Both the position numbers and the translations under genes were made by a program. 64,000 nt of DNA from Octopus bimaculoides (lineage: Eukaryota). Shown here one piece after another: positions 1 to 10,895 of the stretch (its first letter is position 1; each line of letters begins with the position of its first letter). Location: NCBI RefSeq assembly GCF_001194135.2, contig NC_068990.1, positions 84,249,070-84,313,069 on the forward strand, in the 5' to 3' direction. Below the pieces are notes generated by a model. The model saw nothing but the letters and a program-made list of their open reading frames with translations, was not told the DNA's origin and made no database searches.

Positions 1-140
1 CTTACAGGTATAAGCTTACAGGTATAAGCTTACAGGTATAAGCTTACAGGTATAAGCTTACAGGTATAAGCTTACAGGTATAAGCTTACAGGTATAAGCT
101 TACAGGTATAAGCTTACAGGTATAAGCTTACAGGTATAAG
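1..140. repeat. Perfect 14-bp tandem repeat (CTTACAGGTATAAG) x10, continuing beyond window start
   Basis: Ten identical units read directly. Confidence 0.98.
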
Positions 141-150
141 CCAACAGATT

Positions 151-213
151 TGGGATCTGACGATACGCTGTAAAGCTAAGTGCTTTATGGTCGAGAAACC
201 CAGGGCAATCCCA
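151..213 (+). ncRNA. Hammerhead ribozyme-like motif (type I, Penelope-type), probably inactivated
   Basis: Stem I TGGGAT/ATCCCA, CTGACGA 157-163, stem II with TGTAAAGC/GCTTTATG, GAAA 195-198, stem III CCC/GGG. Position 16.1 is C rather than U. Confidence 0.6.
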
Positions 214-340
214 TAAACTGGCCTTACCTAACTTTATCTTTATAACATACTGCTCTATAACTTAGAGTGTACTTCTGTTTCAGACTTATGTTTTACTGAC
301 CACCTCCCTTCCTTTTCAGGGAATCTCTGTCCCCCTCCTC

Positions 341-660
341 GAAACTTTCCACAAAGTCCTCACTACTTCCTCAGAACTTCCCAGTAAGTTCCTCCCCTCC
401 CACTTCCTCCACTTCCCCAGAACTTTGCAGGAAGTCCCTCATCACCTCCTCCTCTCCCTCTGAACTTTCCAGGAAGTCCCTTATCCCCTTCTTCCTCTCC
501 TCCTTGGAACTTTCCAGGAAGTCCTTATCCTTTAACCTCGGAACTTTCCAGATAGTCCCTCCTCTCCCTCCTCCTTCCTCCTTCCTCCCCTACTCTCCTT
601 CCTCCCACTCATCAGAACTTTCCAGGAAGTCCTTCGTCCCCTTCCTCAGAACTTTTCTCA
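341..660. repeat. Array of ~8 GAACTTTCCAGGAAGTCC motifs separated by variable C/T-rich spacers
   Basis: Copies at 341, 374, 420, 462, 507, 541, 615 and a partial one at 649. Confidence 0.85.
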
Positions 661-1294
661 CTCTCTTTCCTTTTCTCTTATGTTCTCTCAGAAACATTTC
701 AAAACACAAAATGATTGCCGCCACTACTCACTCTCTCACTTTCTCTCTCTTTCTCTCTCCTCCTCTCTCACTTTGCCACTTTAAAGATGTGTGACGCACA
801 CAACAGGTACATACAAAAACAGGTACGTACAACAGGTACGTACAAAAAGCTAGCGTATCAATATTACTGATAGAAATTTATCATTTAACCATCATTCTAA
901 CTGAGCTCATCCATTCTTCATTGTAAGGTTTAGCACTTAAAATACGTGGTTTCCAATTTATAGACAATACATTATTTTGGAAGGTTTGGCTGCTTCATAG
1001 AGTAGATTAAACTAGATAGAATTTATCTTCCTTGCTCATTAGAAAAACACAAAACAAGAAAACAAAAAACAAACAAGCATGAAAACAAAAAAAAACGATT
1101 AGATGCTTTACAGATAAAATTCCAAGGTTTTTCACTGATTAAATTCCAAGTCTTATCAACATTATCTCAAGTTTTAACTGACCTGGAGAATCTATAATAA
1201 ACTCAATGACATAAAGATGTCTCATAGATAGACATATATTATTATAACTATATAGAGATAAGACAGCAAGCTGGCAAAACCATCAGTCATGCTC

Positions 1295-1990
1295 AAAAGG
1301 CGCTTTTTACATGCCACTGATATGGGTGCCAGTCAGGCGGTACTGGCATCAGTCACAACTTTGATTTCACTTGCTCAACAGGTCTTCTCAAGCACAGCAT
1401 ATTGTCCATCAATTGAAGGTGTATTTTTAAATGGGCCAGTTATGTGACACTGGCATCAGCCATGGCTATGATCTCACTTGGCTGGCTGGGCCTTCTCATG
1501 CACAGCGCATCACCAAAGGTCTCGGCTTCTTGAGGCCCAACGTTTGAAGGTTGTTCTTCACCACCTCATCCCATGTCTTCCTAGGTCTACCTCTTTCACA
1601 GGTTCCACTGTTAGAGTGTGACACTTCTTCACACACCTATCCTCATCCATGCACAACACATGACCATACCAGTGCAATCGTCTCTTTTGCACACCACATC
1701 TGATGCTTCTGATGTCCAACTTTTTTCTCAAGGTACTTACACTCTGTCGTGTATGCACACTGACATTACACATCCAGTGGAGCATACTAGTTTCATTTCT
1801 TTCAAGCCTATGCATGTCCTCAGCAGTCACGGCCCATGTTTCACTGCCATGTAGCATGGCTATTCACACACAGGCATCATACAGTCTACCTTTCACTCTG
1901 AGTGAGAGGCCCTTTGTTACCAAGTTATTCTTATTCTAGCAACTATGCTCCCAGAGCATCCACCCCAACTACTGACTTGGTCACCTAGGT
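1295..1990 (-). mobile_element. RTE-clade LINE fragment (ORF2 C-terminus plus part of 3' UTR), degenerate
   Basis: ORF 1558-1857 ETWAVT...RRLHWYGHV...CVKKCHTL; same family as the 49831-50429 copy. Confidence 0.88.
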
Positions 1991-3344
1991 AATGGAAGCA
2001 ATCAATTATTTCTAGTTTTTACCCTGACATGTGAAGGAATCTGTTTTCTGTACATCTTCAGTGTTTATTGCCCCTATGCACACACACACACACACACAGA
2101 GTATCATGTTCAGACACACTCTCATGCACTTTCTCTCCCTCTCTCTGCATGCACACACACACACACACGCACACTATCATGTTCCGACACACTCTCATGC
2201 ATGCATGCTAGCACTCTGTCTGTCTGTCTCTGTCTCTGTCTCTCTCTGTCTCTGTCTGTCTCTCTCTCTCATATATTTATAGTTTTGTTGTACCAGTTGC
2301 AAAAAACTTGATATCCAAGGAGGGGGCTCTGACAATAAAACTTTACACTATTTACAGACATCCCTTGTGAAGCTGAATTCAAATTTTGCCGATGTCAACT
2401 TTGCTTTCCATTCTCCAGCAGACTGACACTATAAAGTTCAATTTAAGTACTGAGCTTGATCTCATTGACTGCCCCCCCCCCCACCTCTTCTAAATTCCTG
2501 GCCTTGAGTTTATACAAGCTATAAATATCTATCTAGTACATAAAATGAATAAATGAGACCAGCTGATTTCTCTGAGAATTATGAAAACAATCAATTGACT
2601 GATCAATCACCTCCAACAACCTGTGGATACTGCTACTGTAAAAATAAAAAAAAAAGAAAGAAAGAAGAAAATAAAGAAATAGAGAAATAAATAACAACAA
2701 TAAAAGGAAAATATTGATTTCTTTCATTTAGTCACACAATCCTATTTTTTTTTTCTAAATGCTGTGGATGGCATAATAGTTAATTGATCGGACTCAAGTA
2801 GATTATTGATTTCCATTGATATTAGTCACTATGCTGAATTTTGCAGTGTAAAGCATAATAAAACTGATAGTACTGACATTTGCTCTTCCAATCAATAAAC
2901 GGTACTTATTTTACAGACATACACTGGCCCCCAGAAAGGGAACTGAAAAGTAAAATCAACTCCAGTGGCACTTGAACGCAGAGGCAGGAATAAACATTGT
3001 GAAACCTTTATAACTTGATTCTGTTTCACCTTTATATAGTTTCTGCATTGTTTCCCTATTAGCTATCGATATCTTAGCTCCCATCCCATCATGAAGGATC
3101 ACTCAACTGATTTGTATGTTGTCCCAAAACAACACATTCTAATCACTGGCCCTCTGGCACACCACTGCCTTCTCTTCATTCTTCCACTTCTATTGTTTCC
3201 TTTGACCTGATTGGTTGATTTTTGTCCTATCCCTTACAAGTCCTCCCTGATTCACTTATCTCCCCTATGGTTTCCTCATACTGTCTTCACCCTACCCCAA
3301 TCCCCAGGTTCCACACTAACAACTACTCTTAGAATCAGAGGTTA

Positions 3345-3612
3345 TGGAAAGTGAGGGTAAAATGTATCCCTGTAGTTATAGGTGCATTAGAAATCATTCT
3401 TAAAGATTTGAATAGGTGGATGGAGAAAATAGGCATAAAACTCAGGTTAGTGTAGCTCCAGAAACAGTATTTTTAAGGACAGCTAGGATACTTAGGAAGG
3501 TTCTTGGCATCTAGGAAGGTTCTTGACATCTAAGGTTATTTGTTGTAACCCAATGCTAGGAATTTTTCTTGAACAGTCTAATCTATTGTGCATAAATGAA
3601 ATAATAATAATG
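3345..3612 (+). mobile_element. R4/Dong-like (RLE) non-LTR 3' end, degenerate
   Basis: RLWKVRVKCIPVVIGAL...LQK-like translation followed by a (TAA)n tail. Confidence 0.7.
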
Positions 3613-4090
3613 TTGATTTCATATTATTGAAATTGTGCTAGAATTCTAGCACAATTTCAATAATTCTAAGGGAGAGGCAGGTCAATTACATTGACTCCCA
3701 GTGCAGACATTATACCTAAATTAGAATCATTATTATTATCATTTAGTCTTTTACTCCTCTTGGTTTTGTGTTCAAATTTCATTAAGGTCATCTTTATCTT
3801 TCACCCTTTCAAAATTGATAAAATACATACCAGTCAAGTGCTGGGAAAATCCAACTGACTATCTCCTTATGAATTAGCAGCCATTGCTGTTGTTTTCTCA
3901 CTACTGTCAAATTAGTCTTCATACTGCCACATTAATCATCCTTTTCCATTTAAAAAAACTTCAGACTTCAATAATATTATCAGTCTCATTCAGCTCAATG
4001 CTTCAACTATTGCAACAGTCATCAATTCTGCTATGTGGTCACTTGCAATGATAAACAATATGGCTTGCTGTAAGGTCATAATTTGAATAT

Positions 4091-4406
4091 TGTGTCGGTG
4101 GCACGAAAAAACATTCGAGCGAGGTCGTTGCCAGTGCCGCTGGACTGGCTCCTGTGCAGGTGGCACGTAAAAAAAACACCATTTGAGCGTGGCCATTGCC
4201 AGTACCTCCTGATTGGCTCTCGTGCTGGTGGCACGTAAAAGCACTAACTACACTCTTGGAGTGGTTGGCGTTAGGAAGGGCATCCAACTGTAGAAACTCT
4301 GCCAGTTCAGATTGGAGCCTGGTGCAGCCATCTGGTTCGCCAGTCCTCAGTCAAATCGTCTAACCCATACTAGCATGGAAAGTGGACGTTAAACAATGAT
4401 GATGAT
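4091..4406 (+). mobile_element. RTE LINE 3' UTR fragment with (GAT)n tail
   Basis: Matches the family 3' end (...agtcctcagtcaaatcgtc...catggaaagtggacgttaaac-gatgat). Confidence 0.88.
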
Positions 4407-4930
4407 TCAAAATAGACCAAGTGATTCTCTGGCTGCTCATTGTGATGAACTGTAGTTAGTCTTGATAGAGAAGTAGTAGTGAAATAGTTATTTTCTAAGC
4501 TGGCTAGACATCCAGGGCACTTCTTTTCTTAATGGTTTGGTGAGAAGAAGGAGGACAGTGCTGACGACTCCTTCCAGGGTCTCTGAGATTAGTGGAAAGA
4601 AAGGAAGCAGTTATCCTCAGATGGTTGCAATAGTGTGGAATTTGCTACAAGTACCCAAGGGCCATGTGGTGGTGATGAATTAAGTCTACCATCTAAAAAC
4701 AGGAATGATTGTGGCAGGCTTTGATACAGTTTCCGTCTACCAAACTTCACTCATAAGGTTTAGCTCAATCAAAGGCTACGATAGAAGATACTTGTCTAAG
4801 GTATTTTGCAGTGGGATTGAACCCCAGACCACACACACACACATACACAGCTTTGCTACAATTGCTTCATGGGGATTGGATTTTTGTATTATAGCTTCAT
4901 TTTATTGTGTATACAGTTTTGTATACACAA

Positions 4931-5080
4931 TATAAGGCAGTAGCTGCAAGGTGGTAGCTATAAGGTGGTAACTATAAGGATGCCACATTAATCATTCTCT
5001 TTAAGGTGGTAGCTATAAGGTGATAAGCTATAAGGTGGTAGCTATAAGGCAGTTGCTATAAAGCAGTAGCTATAAGGTAC
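4931..5080 (+). repeat. Degenerate 14-bp repeats (TAAGGTGGTAGCTA) at the head of a SINE remnant
   Basis: About 10 imperfect units in two blocks, followed by a SINE B-box (gagttcaaac) near 5103. Confidence 0.7.
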
Positions 5081-5804
5081 CTGTTCTGGTGTTTTACATT
5101 CTGAGTTCAAACCCTTCGAAGGTGAACATTGCCGTTCATTCTTTTGTGACTAATAGAACTGAGCACTAATCAAATATTGGGGATCAATGATATTGACCTA
5201 CTCATTGTCCTCAAAATTGCTTCTGGTCTAAATTAGAAACAGTTATTACAATCTTCTAAGGTTTGTCTATCAACTTTTATGACAGTTAAAATTTTTTTTT
5301 CTTTCTTTCGTTAATAGCCTATTAAATTTTTCAGTTCAATGAAATAAAAATAAATTACGTAAATAAACGAAGACAATACGACTTAGGTTTCTTACCGGTT
5401 AGCTAAATGAGAAAACCATTTATCTAGGCTAACTAGTCGTTATTTCGCAGTATTTAAACTAACCACTTCATAGAAGCATTAACATTTATTTCATACCTAC
5501 GTGTATGAGTGTGTTGTGTGTGTGTGTATGTGTGTGTGTGTGTTGTATGTGTGGTGGGGGGTGGATGGGGTAAAGGAGTATTATGCGCAAAGGCGTGAGT
5601 GTATGAGTACAATACTATCTTCCCTGACTCACCAGCTAATTTTTCCTTCTCTTTCTAATCACATACAATCAATCATACATCTATGCGTGCATACATCCAT
5701 CCATTCATTCATACATACATACATAATTTAAATAATAAGGGTGAAAAATTGAATATTAATTTGATTAATATCAATTTAAAACCAGTGGCCTAGCATTTAG
5801 AGTG

Positions 5805-6485
5805 GAGTAAAAACCTGCAGAATTGGTCCCTAAAACAGTGGAAGAATGTTATTTTCTTGGACGAGTCATCCTTTACCTTATTCCTGACCACCAGCCGAGT
5901 ATACATATGGAGACAGCCAAAAGAAGCATTTGACCCAGATTGCCTTCTTCTAATTGTTAAACATGGAGGAGGATCTGTGATAATCTGGGGGGGGGGGGCT
6001 ATATCTTGGAAATCCGCCAGCCCAATGGTTTCCCTTCATGGCAGAATTAATAGTCAAGACTATTTAAGCATTTTATCTGATCAAATTCATCCTATGGTTG
6101 TGGAACTGTTTCCAGAGGGAAACACAATCTTTCAGGGTGATAATGTACCAATTCGTAAAGCTAAAGTTGTTACTGAATGGCATGAGGAACATTCTAGTGA
6201 AGTTGAACATTTTATCTGGCCACCACAGACCCCAGATCACAATATCATTGAACATTTATGGTGCATTTTAGAAAAATAAGTAAGGAAGCGATATCCTCCA
6301 CCATCATCACTACAAGAACTGGAGACTGTTTTAGCTGAAGAATGGACAAAAATTCCTTCGGAAACAATTCAAACTTTGTACCTCATAGAATTCAAGCTGT
6401 GATTACTGCCAAAGCTGTCCCACCCCATATTAAAATAAATTTGTTTGAAATCTTAAGGTGTTTCCATTATTTTGTCCAACCCCTG
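5805..6485 (+). mobile_element. Tc1-family transposon, 5'-truncated, DDE transposase pseudogene with right TIR
   Basis: DESS...KHGGGSV...QGDN...WPPQTPDHNIIEHLW translation with an in-frame stop at 6277-6279 and frameshifts; ends ...tccaacccctg|TA. Confidence 0.93.
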
Positions 6486-6574
6486 TATATAGATACATAC
6501 AAGCGGTTTTATGACTTTCTCAGGAGGAACATTTATTAATTTGAAAGAAATACAAAAGTGTAATCTCCTTCATT

Positions 6575-6825
6575 TGATGCCCCTTTCTGTCAATTAGTTG
6601 GTTACCTGGATGGAATTGTGAACTGATGCATTGTCCAGTGCAGTTGTCACTGACCCGACTGGAAGAGCTTTGGTCTTTTGTAATGAAATCTTTTCCTGAA
6701 CTCCCCTCAAAACCTCCACAAAGTACTCTTTATTGACTGTCTGGCTGGCCAAAAGGAACTCAGTGGCTGTAGATGATGCTGTTGCTATTGAAAAAGGGAA
6801 TTGCCATGAGCATCCCAGTGGACTT
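6575..6825 (-). mobile_element. Mariner transposase relic
   Basis: Frameshifted FFNSNSIIY...QTVNKEYFVEVLR...LDNASVHNSIQV resembles the mariner catalytic region. Confidence 0.75.
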
Positions 6826-7384
6826 ACTATCCTGGCCTCTTGTGCCAGTGAAAATCAAATGTTCAACTCCTATAAGTTAGTCCATAAGCAGTGTTGAGCA
6901 TTTCATAAGTTACTGGGGCAGTTTTGCCCAGTTTTAACACAAAACTTTATTTTGCATAGCAAACTTCCAATTTTTTTTCATATCCTGACAACATTCCACA
7001 AATTAGTCAGCTGTGACAAGCAATGTTTAGAAGGGTATGCTGAAATTGCAGTGACAACTTTCTCTTTCAATTTGGAATAATAAAAGTTGGCAGAGTAGCA
7101 TATAATGATATACTAAAGTCAAAATAATGTAGGACATATATAACTACCTCTCCTAAAAAAGCCTCACAACTTCTGGAATGTACCTCATATATATAAATTA
7201 TCTGAAATGTGCAGCATTATATATCCATCACGGTTGATCTTACCAATTGGTTTCATGCTAGGAATACAATGGAGTGTTAAGTAACAATCCAATTATATAA
7301 GCTTATGCTCATCAGAGTTAGCTGATATACACACACACACATATATACATAAAAATATATAATAATAATAACCAGTGATTGTAG

Positions 7385-7710
7385 GATCTCTAGGAATGAT
7401 AAAAATAGGTACTGAAATCTATTTGAAAATGATACCAGGCTTACCATCCTTACAGGAATTGCAAAAAATCGTGTTAACTGGAATGACTCATTTACTGAGA
7501 AGAGCATTATTGCTGTGAAAACATCCATTCATGAATTTATTTATTTATTATTTTTTTTTAGATACATATTTTACCTGTAAATTTGCATGTGTAAACTGGG
7601 AATGCATACAACGAGCTTCTCTGCTCTAGGTGTATGGAAAACACTCGGTGAGGAATGGAAGAAAATTTGAAGAAAGAAGAAAAAAAGCAATAATAATAAT
7701 AATAATTCTT
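7385..7710 (+). mobile_element. R4/Dong-like LINE 3' end (second subfamily) with (AAT)n tail
   Basis: MIPGLPSLQELQKIVLTGMTHLLRRALLL* then 3' UTR and AAT tail. Confidence 0.75.
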
Positions 7711-7741
7711 TCTACAGGAGGCACAAGGCCTNNNNNNNNNN

Positions 7742-7977
7742 TGAGAAGAGCATTATTGCTGTGAAAACATCCATTCATGAATTTATTTATTTATTATTTT
7801 TTTTTAGATACATATTTTACCTGTAAATTTGCATGTGTAAACTGGGAATGCATACAACGAGCTTCTCTGCTCTAGGTGTATGGAAAACACTCGGTGAGGA
7901 ATGGAAGAAAATTTGAAGAAAGAAGAAAAAAAGCAATAATAATAATAATAATTCTTTCTACAGGAGGCACAAGGCCT
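7742..7977. repeat. Exact 236-bp copy of 7496-7731 across a 10-N gap (probable assembly artefact)
   Basis: Identical sequence on both sides of the gap at 7732-7741. Confidence 0.85.
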
Positions 7978-8168
7978 CAAATTTGTGGGGAGGGAACTAG
8001 TCGATTACATCGACCCCAGTGTTTCACTGATACTTAATTTATTGACCTCGAAAGGATGAAAGCTAAAGTCAACCTTGGCGGAATTTGAACTCAGAACATT
8101 AGTGACGGGTGAAATGCCACTAAGAACTTCGTCTAGCGTGCTAATAATTCTGCCAGCTTGTCGCCTTA
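7978..8168 (-). mobile_element. tRNA-derived SINE family A
   Basis: Reverse complement of the 51058-51271 family, flanked by (AAT)n; its 3' end extends into the duplicated segment. Confidence 0.88.
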
Positions 8169-8193
8169 ATAGTAATAATAATAATAATAATAA

Positions 8194-8390
8194 TATAACA
8201 TACAGAAAATTGCACTACTGGGTACTGCACACATCCTACGCAAAACACTTTCAATACAGTAAACATAAGAGCACCACAGCAAACCACAGCACATACCCAA
8301 GGCGCACAGAGCTGCGCTCGGTAGTGAAGTGAAAGCACGTTATAAAAATAAAACTACTGAATAATAATAATAATAATAATAATAACAACA
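8194..8390 (+). mobile_element. R4/Dong-like LINE extreme 3' end inserted in (TAA)n
   Basis: NIQKIALLGTAHILRKTLSIQ* plus 3' UTR, almost identical to the 47560-48008 copy. Confidence 0.88.
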
Positions 8391-8404
8391 ACAATAACAT
8401 CAAC

Positions 8405-8572
8405 AACAGGTACAGGTATGGTTGGGTGGTAAAAAGTTTGCTACCCAATCATTTGGCTCTGGGTTCAGTACTGCTGCATGGTACCTTGGTCAAGTATCTT
8501 CTACGACAGCCTTGGGCCAACCAAAGTTTTATGAGTAGACTTGTTAGATGCAAACTGAAAGAGTTCCAGCGT
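8405..8572 (+). mobile_element. SINE family B, 5' half, degenerate
   Basis: tRNA-like head with ggttcagt...ccttggtcaagtatcttctac core. Confidence 0.75.
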
Positions 8573-9202
8573 ACATAACCAGTCACACTTGGTTATGCTT
8601 GTACATGTGGAAGGAGGGGGCATATTCCCCCTCCCCTCTCGCCTCTCTTTGACACGTCAAACATTCCCCCACGTTTCCATCTCGCTCCCTTCTATGGTAT
8701 TGCTGTATTTACCTGAGAGCAGAATTGGTGCATCCCCTCCCCCACCCATACTTCTGAACTATTTCCATTCCTCATGCTCCCAGCTCACACTACCTCTACC
8801 AGTTGTAGAAACCAAGCCAAATATAACATTAGACCTCGACCCTTTGCAGCTGGCTGGTTCCTGTCTAACTGTTCCAGTCCATGATAGCATGGAAAGCAGA
8901 TGTTAAATGATGATGATGTTGATAATGATAATGATGATGTATATGTGTGCATTTGTTAGCGTCTCCTGGCATTGATTTCAAGGAGTAGTTGGAATCAAAT
9001 GTCACCATTAAGCAAGCATTGTCCTTCATTTCCAGTCTTCTGTAAAAAATGTGTCTGATTACATGGAATATTACATTACTTGGAAATATCAAAAGGTTGC
9101 AAGCATTGAAATATGAACTTTAAACAATGATGACAATAATATATATATATATATATATATGATATACTTCCTTGTAACTATATATATACTTCCTTGTAAC
9201 TA

Positions 9203-9490
9203 TATCATCATCATCATCATCATCATCGTTTAACGTCCGCTTTCCATGCTAGCATGGGTTGGACGGTTTGACTGAGGACTGGTGAAACCGGATGGCAACA
9301 CCAGGCTCCAATCTAATTTGGCAGAGTTTCTACAGCTGGATGTAGTGGGTGCTTTTATGTGTCACCCGCACGAAAACGGCCACGCTCGAAATGGTGTCTT
9401 TTATGTGCCACCCGCACAAGAGCCAGTCCAGGGGCCCTGGCAACGATCTCACTTGGCTTGCCGGGTCTTCTCACGCACAGCACATTTCCA
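9203..9490 (-). mobile_element. RTE LINE 3' UTR fragment with internal deletion
   Basis: Near-identical to 49831-50170 except for a ~30-bp deletion. Confidence 0.9.
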
Positions 9491-9491
9491 A

Positions 9492-9533
<42 letters not shown>

Positions 9534-9685
9534 TTATATATATTTTTTTATACCAAAAATTAGGCAAAAGAATATAGTATCTGTCATTTTCATTATTATT
9601 ATTATTATAATAAAGTATTTTTTCAATGGATCAGTTTTGAGCTCTCTTTAAAGTCGATATATATATATATATGTATATATATATA

Positions 9686-9864
9686 CTTTATTTAAAAGCA
9701 GCAGAAATATAACAAAAAGCTGTTACTTAGAGTTTCACGTTCCCATTCATCAGACAGTTTTTTTGTTAGAAATTTTTTTTTTTCCAAGAAAACTGTCCAA
9801 TGAACAGGAACGTGAAACTCTGAGTAACAGCTTTTTGTTCTATTTCTGCTGCTTTTAAATAAAG
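9686..9864. repeat. 76-bp inverted repeat whose arms are hammerhead motifs (Penelope-type)
   Basis: Arms 9686-9761 and 9789-9864 with about 6 mismatches; flanked by (TA)n. Confidence 0.9.
9720..9757 (-). ncRNA. Minimal type I hammerhead ribozyme, core intact
   Basis: Minus strand reads CTGT-CTGATGA-ATG GGAA CGT-GAAA-CT CTA AG-TA-ACAG; GUA cleavage triplet. Confidence 0.72.
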
Positions 9865-10114
9865 CATATTACTCTACCTCTGGTATTTGAGTACTCTTTT
9901 TTTATGTGCTTACTCTGGTATATATATATATATGTACACACAGACACACACACAAGAGAGAAAGTTAAGGTGAACTGTGGACATAGGTCCTGGATGAAGA
10001 ATTTGGAGATTCATTTGAACACTACTAGTGTTTTCCAAACTGAGTGTATCTAGGTCTCGCCTATTGTGTGTGTGTGTGTGTGTGTGTCTGTGTTTATGTA
10101 TGTATGTATGTATT

Positions 10115-10680
10115 CAGGGTTGCCAATTTAACATATTTTATGCTAGATCTCTCATTTTTTTTCAGCATTTAGCAGAAAATTTTTGAATCTAGCATTTAGC
10201 AGGGAAAATAGTAGGTTTCAAATTCTATGTATTATTTTTTAAGCATTTTTCTCTGATCATGGCATTTCCACAGTAGTTACCCTTTTTTCTTCTTTTTCCT
10301 CCTTTTCTACTTTTGTTAATGTATCTTATAGCCATATTTTAGTACTATTGGCTATTGTTGAATTTTTCTTTCACTTTCTTGTAACTTCAAATGAAAGTTT
10401 ATGAAAAGGAAGTTTATCAGGTTATGAACTTTTCCAGGCCCCCACCTCACCGGCTTGGATACAGAGGGGTGCTGGTGGGGGAGGGGGAGAAGATAACTCA
10501 TGTCAGCACCTGAACTCACTACACAATAATGTAAATATGTTGCAAAGAATGAAAGCATAGAAATTCGTCCTAACAATGCTTTATTCTGTAGTGATGAGTT
10601 TTTAGCACCACAGGTTGACTGATTTACTTTCAGTTTGACTGTTTTAAAATAGGCTTGTGTTTCCACATGCTTGTTTTGGA
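10115..10680 (+). mobile_element. Possible hAT-like DNA transposon remnant
   Basis: Begins CAGGGTTGCCA, a hAT-type terminus; no matching right end found and extent is a guess. Confidence 0.35.
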
Positions 10681-10786
10681 TTATATACCTTGTATAGAAG
10701 TATGGGGGTGGCGGGGTCTCCCCCTTTATACTGGGTTGTCCGGAAAGTTCGTGCCGATTTTTAAAGGAAAGAAAAATGCCAAATCA

Positions 10787-10895
10787 GACTGAAGCCTGGT
10801 GTAGCCACCTGGTTCACCAGTCCTCAGTCAAATCGTCCAACCCATGCTAGCATGGAAAGCGGACGTTAAACGATGATGATGATGATGATGATGAT
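10787..10895 (+). mobile_element. RTE LINE 3' tail
   Basis: Family 3' end with CCATGCTAGCATGG palindrome and (GAT)n. Confidence 0.9.

Noticed and set aside
341-660. CRISPR-like repeat-spacer array
   Set aside because: Eukaryotic context, no cas genes, degenerate repeats and low-complexity spacers of irregular length.
2533-2727. Terminal exon of a minus-strand gene
   Set aside because: It has a good acceptor near 2637 but the peptide is unrecognisable and no supporting chain of exons could be built.
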